A stretch of DNA of 30,023 nt, taken from positions 1 through 30,023 of IMG/VR virus record IMGVR_UViG_2690316318_000018, one strand, 5' to 3'. The notes below the pieces were generated by a model, which was not told where the DNA came from, ran no database searches, and worked only from the letters and a program-made list of their open reading frames with translations. The DNA is from a virus. Taxonomy: Duplodnaviria; Heunggongvirae; Uroviricota; Caudoviricetes. The translations under genes and the position numbers were made by a program. Positions 26,260-30,023 of the stretch are shown one piece after another; within the stretch, counting starts at the first letter, position 1, and every line of letters begins with the position of its first letter.

Positions 26260-26373
26260 TTATTCGCCAGTGAAAAAGCGTTCAATCTTTTTCACTGAAT
26301 TAATAATTCGCATAATCCCAATGGCGCAGGCCACCGAAATAATCAGAACAAGCCATGAGATAAATATACTCAT
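26260..26373 (-). CDS. Unlisted 37-codon ORF encoding a single-TM hydrophobic peptide, translationally coupled to the upstream 81-aa gene
   Basis: Hand translation of the minus strand gives MSIFISWLVLIISVACAIGIMRIINSVKKIERFFTGE and a stop. Its ATG overlaps the TGA of the 81-aa ORF (ATGA). Below the 60-aa cutoff of the ORF track. Confidence 0.4.
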   Translation of the reverse strand: MSIFISWLVLIISVACAIGIMRIINSVKKIERFFTGE

Positions 26374-26615
26374 GCGATATTTCCCAGCTTATACGGTTCA
26401 ATATGTTCCCCGCATTCTGCGGCACAGATCAGCTCGGAAAGTTCGTTAAGTGCATCCAGATCATCAGCGTAAAAAGCCACGTCATACAGACTTCGGATTG
26501 CTCTGGTCAATGAGTCACGGGCCGCACGTTCAGCATGAGCGCCTGATGCACTTAAGCGAAAATAAAAACGCTCAAGTGCTTTGTTAATGAGAGTTTTATA
26601 TTCTTTGCCCATCAC
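26370..26615 (-). CDS. Hypothetical early protein (81 aa)
   Basis: ORF in the early operon; acidic and helical by composition. Confidence 0.5.
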   Translation of the reverse strand: MMGKEYKTLINKALERFYFRLSASGAHAERAARDSLTRAIRSLYDVAFYADDLDALNELSELICAAECGEHIEPYKLGNIA

Positions 26616-26623
26616 AACGCCCT

Positions 26624-27259
26624 TTAATCTGCTTTCTGTATTTCAGCTTCTGAATCCATACAAATAATTTCGATATAGGGTTCATCGCCATTAACCTGGC
26701 GTGCCTTTTCAGCTTCGCTGATGATTTCTCGTACGGTCTGGTACGGAAGTTCCACAAGCAGTCGCGTGCCGTTCAGATAAACGTAAGTGGCTTCGTCGGC
26801 TCCGTTTTTACCCGCCGGAGTCACTCCGTCAATAGCGGATGCACGTAATAACAGTTCACCGCGAAAATCAATAAAACGGATAAATACACCTTGTGCATGG
26901 TCTTTGGTCATAAAGCACCTGTTATAAATCAGCCTGTTTAATGAAATTCTGTCCGCGCAGCAGACGATCAACTGGCGTAGCGCTTCGTACAATGTGAAAT
27001 CCTGCCCAAACTGATTGTCGCCACAGCTCAATGCAAAAATGCGGTTTCCGGTAAACGGATTGCGTGGGCATTTGTGGATCACGATTCCAGCTTTCTCAAT
27101 CAGCCAGGCGTGCTCGCCGATTTGTTTTACTGGGTAGCCATCCGGCGTTGCGTGTGTATCACTCAGGCTGTAGCGGATGTTGCTGCGTGATGCACTGGTA
27201 GTGAAACGGTTAGCGTGGCGTTCTGCTCCGGTACGAAAATTACGGCGTTGCTTCAGCAT
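26624..27259 (-). CDS. Hypothetical early protein (211 aa) at the position of P2 orf78/B
   Basis: First large ORF after the Cox-like gene; no motif confidently recognised. Confidence 0.5.
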   Translation of the reverse strand: MLKQRRNFRTGAERHANRFTTSASRSNIRYSLSDTHATPDGYPVKQIGEHAWLIEKAGIVIHKCPRNPFTGNRIFALSCGDNQFGQDFTLYEALRQLIVCCADRISLNRLIYNRCFMTKDHAQGVFIRFIDFRGELLLRASAIDGVTPAGKNGADEATYVYLNGTRLLVELPYQTVREIISEAEKARQVNGDEPYIEIICMDSEAEIQKAD

Positions 27260-27273
27260 AAAATGACACCTCG

Positions 27274-27552
27274 TTATTTTGTCATCTGCACGTATTTCTC
27301 TGCGTTTCTGATGGTTTTCAGGAAAATTGCGAAGAGATTTACTGTACGTTTTGAGTTTTTTTCTTCTTGGTTGATGGGAAGGGCTGCTCTGTCAGCCTGC
27401 CTTTTCACTGCATTAACAGTTTGATTGGTACGCTTCGCGTAATCTTTCAGGCTTTCTTCGAGTACCGGTAATCCATGCTCATCGCGGTATGGGTAGAACG
27501 CCGCCAAACGCTCAAAATCCGCTTGCTCGTATGTGTTCAAGAGCTTTGTCAT
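27274..27552 (-). CDS. cox: Cox/Apl-like excisionase-type regulator (HTH)
   Basis: 92-aa ORF divergent from the C repressor gene. Central segment …DYAKRTNQTVNAVKRQADRAALP… follows the P2 Cox HTH pattern (…AKLIGKSTGAVRRMIDKGKLP…) as I recall it. Confidence 0.6.
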   Translation of the reverse strand: MTKLLNTYEQADFERLAAFYPYRDEHGLPVLEESLKDYAKRTNQTVNAVKRQADRAALPINQEEKNSKRTVNLFAIFLKTIRNAEKYVQMTK

Positions 27553-27643
27553 GATGTGATAACCTGTTCAGTCTGTGGTTATTTGTTGCTAAAAGTCGTC
27601 TCTAGGCGACTTTTAGGGTTAATTTAGTCGTCTGGAGACCACC
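27553..27643. promoter_or_regulatory. Divergent early/repressor promoter-operator region (immunity switch)
   Basis: 91-bp interval between the divergent cox-like and C genes. 8-bp direct repeats AGTCGTCT at 27594 and 27626, and an 8-bp perfect inverted repeat AAAAGTCG-N8-CGACTTTT at 27591..27614. Confidence 0.55.
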
Positions 27644-27955
27644 ATGTCAAGTGGGTACGAAAAAAAACTGAAAGAGATACGGAAAAGTGAAGGGTTAACT
27701 CAAGCTGAGTTTGCAGATGTTACTGGGATAAATCTCGGAACTATAAAGAATTATGAGAGCGGTAAAAGAGAGGTTGGTTTAAGCGTTGTTGATCGCGTAA
27801 TTAATTCTAAGGATTTCGAAAAATACACTATATGGCTTATGACGGGAAAAACAAATGAGGCTGCTGGGCAGATCAGTCCCTCTCTCTCCCCTGATGGGCC
27901 AGAAAACACATCGTCTTCTCAAAAATCCCGCAAGACTGGTACACAGCCCGGCTAA
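27644..27955 (+). CDS. C: Immunity repressor C (P2 C-type HTH repressor)
   Basis: 103-aa ORF. …RKSEGLTQAEFADVTGINLGTIKNYESGKR…KYTIWLMTGKT…GQISPSL… parallels P2 C (…RKSEYLSRQQLADLTGVPYGTLSYYESGRS…KYTLWFMTNQ…GQIAPAL…) as recalled. Confidence 0.85.
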   Translation: MSSGYEKKLKEIRKSEGLTQAEFADVTGINLGTIKNYESGKREVGLSVVDRVINSKDFEKYTIWLMTGKTNEAAGQISPSLSPDGPENTSSSQKSRKTGTQPG

Positions 27956-28004
27956 TCATGGAACGCTGGGGGCATGGTGGTCTTGTAACGCTGGGGTTTC
28001 ACGA

Positions 28005-28982
28005 ATGAGCATAAAATCAATTCCGGGAGGGTATCTTCTTGACATGCGCCCGGAGGGGCGTAAAGGCAAACGCATTCGTAAAAAATTTAAAACGAAATCG
28101 GATGCAGTTTTATATGAGCGGTGGGTGCTGGCGCAACAGCATAACAATGAGTGGAAAGGAAACTCTATTGATCGCCGTCCTCTGTCAGTGCTTATTGACT
28201 TGTGGTGGAAATACCACGGCCAGCTAATGAAGTCAGGGCATAACACGCGCCTTAAATTGCTGCGCTTGAGTGAGGCAATGGATGACCCGTGCGTGCATAA
28301 ACTTAATACAACGATGCTCACCGAGCTACGTGTGTCCAGGATAGAGCAGGGGATACAGCCCAGCACCATAAATCGAGAGATTGGGGCGTTAAGCGCGATG
28401 TTTACCGCACTCATCTCATCCGGCCATTTTCTTAACGATAACCCCGTTCAAGGCCTTAAAGGAATGAAGGTTAACGAGCGCGAAATGGGATACCTGAGTA
28501 AGTCTGAATGTGTTCAGTTGCTGGATGCACTGGCTGAAAATCCCGATGAACGGCTGGCTGTCGAAATCCTTCTGTCGACCGGGGCGCGATGGGGCGAGGT
28601 AGCGGCACTGGAGCAGCGCCGTGTTCTTCATTGTCGAATCACTTTTTCAAAAACGAAGAACAGTAAAAACCGCACTGTCCCGATCTCCGAAAATCTGTTT
28701 GAAAAGATCAAAAAACGGGGCGGGAAACTAGTGTTTCCAACGCTGGATTATCCATTGGTTCGCGATGTCATCAAAACGGTCGCACCTGATGTTCCTGACG
28801 GCCAGGCTGTTCATGCGCTGCGCCACACCTTCGCCAGTCATTTCATGATGAACGGCGGTAATATTCTGACGCTCCAGAAAATTCTGGGGCACGCAAAGAT
28901 TCAGACAACGATGATTTATGCCCATCTTGCGCCGGATTACCTGCAGGATGCGGTGAGGTTTAATCCCTTGGGAGGAATGTAA
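28005..28982 (+). CDS. int: Tyrosine integrase (P2 Int family)
   Basis: The track ORF is overextended; ATG at 28005 gives 325 aa. C-terminal catalytic motifs …HALRHTFASHF… and …LGHAKIQTTMIYAHL… (R…HxxR…Y). Confidence 0.9.
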   Translation: MSIKSIPGGYLLDMRPEGRKGKRIRKKFKTKSDAVLYERWVLAQQHNNEWKGNSIDRRPLSVLIDLWWKYHGQLMKSGHNTRLKLLRLSEAMDDPCVHKLNTTMLTELRVSRIEQGIQPSTINREIGALSAMFTALISSGHFLNDNPVQGLKGMKVNEREMGYLSKSECVQLLDALAENPDERLAVEILLSTGARWGEVAALEQRRVLHCRITFSKTKNSKNRTVPISENLFEKIKKRGGKLVFPTLDYPLVRDVIKTVAPDVPDGQAVHALRHTFASHFMMNGGNILTLQKILGHAKIQTTMIYAHLAPDYLQDAVRFNPLGGM

Positions 28983-28984
28983 CT

Positions 28985-29485
28985 ATGGAAATAAAAAAAC
29001 CTACAAAAAAAGAGTTATATGACTATTTACTATCGAAATATATAGAAGATAAATGCAAAGAAGAAGCTGATGAAATCAATAAGAAGTCGATGAGTCGTGT
29101 CAATAAACATAAGGAGCGGCTGATGGAGATTACGCCAGAAATCTTCTTCCGTTTCTTGTCTGAGAAGGAGGTTTCCAGTGTCTGCCCTTCATGTGGATCG
29201 TCTCGATTATCTGTGCCTGAAAGTATGGATCTTTGCTGGGATAAAAATAAGAAACCAGAAAATTTTAACAATCTACCCTTGGAGGAGCAGAGTGAGTTAA
29301 TTAAAGAGAACATAAAGCATTATGTATCTTATACTTTTTTGGGTGATGTTAAGAGCATACCTGATATGCGCAAAACTTATTACACGCTGCATTGCCTGAA
29401 TTGTGGTTACCTGAGCCTTTACCGTACGTCTGCGGTGCTGAAGTGGTTGGAGAAAGACAAAGCACAGGATGGTGAAAATGGGTAA
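28985..29485 (+). CDS. Hypothetical Lys-rich protein with two Cys pairs (possible zinc ribbon), AT-rich cargo
   Basis: 166-aa ORF starting 3 nt after the int stop; CPSCGS … CLNCGY; strongly AT-rich codon usage unlike the phage backbone. Confidence 0.55.
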   Translation: MEIKKPTKKELYDYLLSKYIEDKCKEEADEINKKSMSRVNKHKERLMEITPEIFFRFLSEKEVSSVCPSCGSSRLSVPESMDLCWDKNKKPENFNNLPLEEQSELIKENIKHYVSYTFLGDVKSIPDMRKTYYTLHCLNCGYLSLYRTSAVLKWLEKDKAQDGENG

Positions 29486-30023
29486 TGTAGCAAGAAACCT
29501 GTTCGGTAATTCAGCAGGTAGTATGTCGCATTCTGAGCGTGATGTGCTTTATCATGGCGGCGATGGCGGCAGTAGTGGAGGTGGAATGTCAGATAAACTT
29601 GAAAGGCGAATTGAGCGACTCGAAAGTGATTTATCGCTAACAAGAAACGACCTTGCGACGCTTGCTGAACGCACTACAAACCTCTCAACCAAAGCCGATG
29701 TTGGTGAGGTGAAGGGTGAGCTCAAAGCAGACATTGCTCATCTGAAAGGTGAGCTTGAATGCGATATTGCGAATCTGAAAGGTGAGCTTAAATCTGATAC
29801 AGCTAATCTGAAAGAGCAGCTCAAATCAGACATTAACAGCCTGAAGGGTGAGCTTACCGAAGCGATGGATAAACGCTTTGACAAGATTATGGATGAGATG
29901 AATCGGCGGTTTGACAAGGTTGATGATAATACGAAGTGGCGTTGGAGTGGCATTATTGTGCCAGTGTGCACAACCATTTTCACGGCGGCGGTCGCGTATT
30001 TTGTTGCTAAATTTGTTGGCTGA
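29469..30023 (+). CDS. Hypothetical tail-anchored coiled-coil membrane protein with five tandem 11-residue repeats
   Basis: 184-aa ORF overlapping the upstream ORF by 17 nt. Gly/Ser-rich linker, then repeats …VGEVKGELKAD / IAHLKGELECD / IANLKGELKSD / TANLKEQLKSD / INSLKGELTEA…, then a single C-terminal TM helix (WSGIIVPVCTTIFTAAVAYFVAKFV). Ends at the window edge. Confidence 0.55.
   Translation: MVKMGNVARNLFGNSAGSMSHSERDVLYHGGDGGSSGGGMSDKLERRIERLESDLSLTRNDLATLAERTTNLSTKADVGEVKGELKADIAHLKGELECDIANLKGELKSDTANLKEQLKSDINSLKGELTEAMDKRFDKIMDEMNRRFDKVDDNTKWRWSGIIVPVCTTIFTAAVAYFVAKFVG

Larger units (their letters stand above)
1..30023. mobile_element. P2-like temperate myovirus prophage segment; both prophage ends lie outside the window
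   Basis: Gene order and orientation match the P2 map (int-C / cox...A / accessory / cos / Q-P / O-N-M-L-X-lysis-R-S-V-W-J-I-H-G). Individual products recognised from the ORF translations. No att site or flanking host gene is visible. Confidence 0.85.

Noticed and set aside
27855-28004. Integrase N-terminal extension overlapping the C repressor gene
   Set aside because: The extension is an alternate frame over the 3' end of C; the ATG at 28005 gives a P2-Int-sized protein starting MSIKSIPGGY….
1-30023. CRISPR arrays, tRNA/rRNA genes and diversity-generating retroelement components
   Set aside because: No regularly spaced short repeats, no cloverleaf-like tRNA candidates and no reverse transcriptase were seen; tail-fibre variation here is better explained by cassette recombination.

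Overview
This window is a nearly contiguous segment of a P2-like (Peduovirus-type) temperate myovirus prophage from an enterobacterial host, cut at gene boundaries on both sides. All calls are from reading the sequence and ORF track by eye; no searches or computations were run. Reading from high to low coordinates the order matches P2: C repressor and integrase (+), then a Cox-like gene, small early genes and the replication gene A (-), an accessory interval, the cos region, portal Q and terminase P (+), then O-N-M-L-X, a lysis cassette, R-S-V-W-J-I, tail fibre H and tail-fibre assembly genes (-). Main non-backbone content: (1) an AT-rich two-gene operon in the A-to-Q accessory hotspot encoding a classic AAA ATPase with a C-terminal HTH, translationally coupled to a large subtilisin-like (S8) serine protease, a candidate anti-phage module whose domain pairing resembles the ietAS pair as I recall it; (2) a ParM/ParR-like actin-type partition module directly downstream of gene A; (3) a tail-fibre diversification region with a perfect 1036-bp direct repeat of the H constant region, two alternative C-terminal domains, three tail-fibre assembly genes (two convergent), and a 26-bp Hin/Gin/Cin-type crossover site at each constant/variable junction, with the invertase presumably outside the window; (4) an AT-rich two-gene cassette after int (Cys-pair protein plus a tail-anchored coiled-coil protein with 11-residue repeats); (5) a structured non-coding interval and an unlisted 37-codon membrane-peptide ORF in the early region. 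No rRNA, tRNA or CRISPR array was seen.
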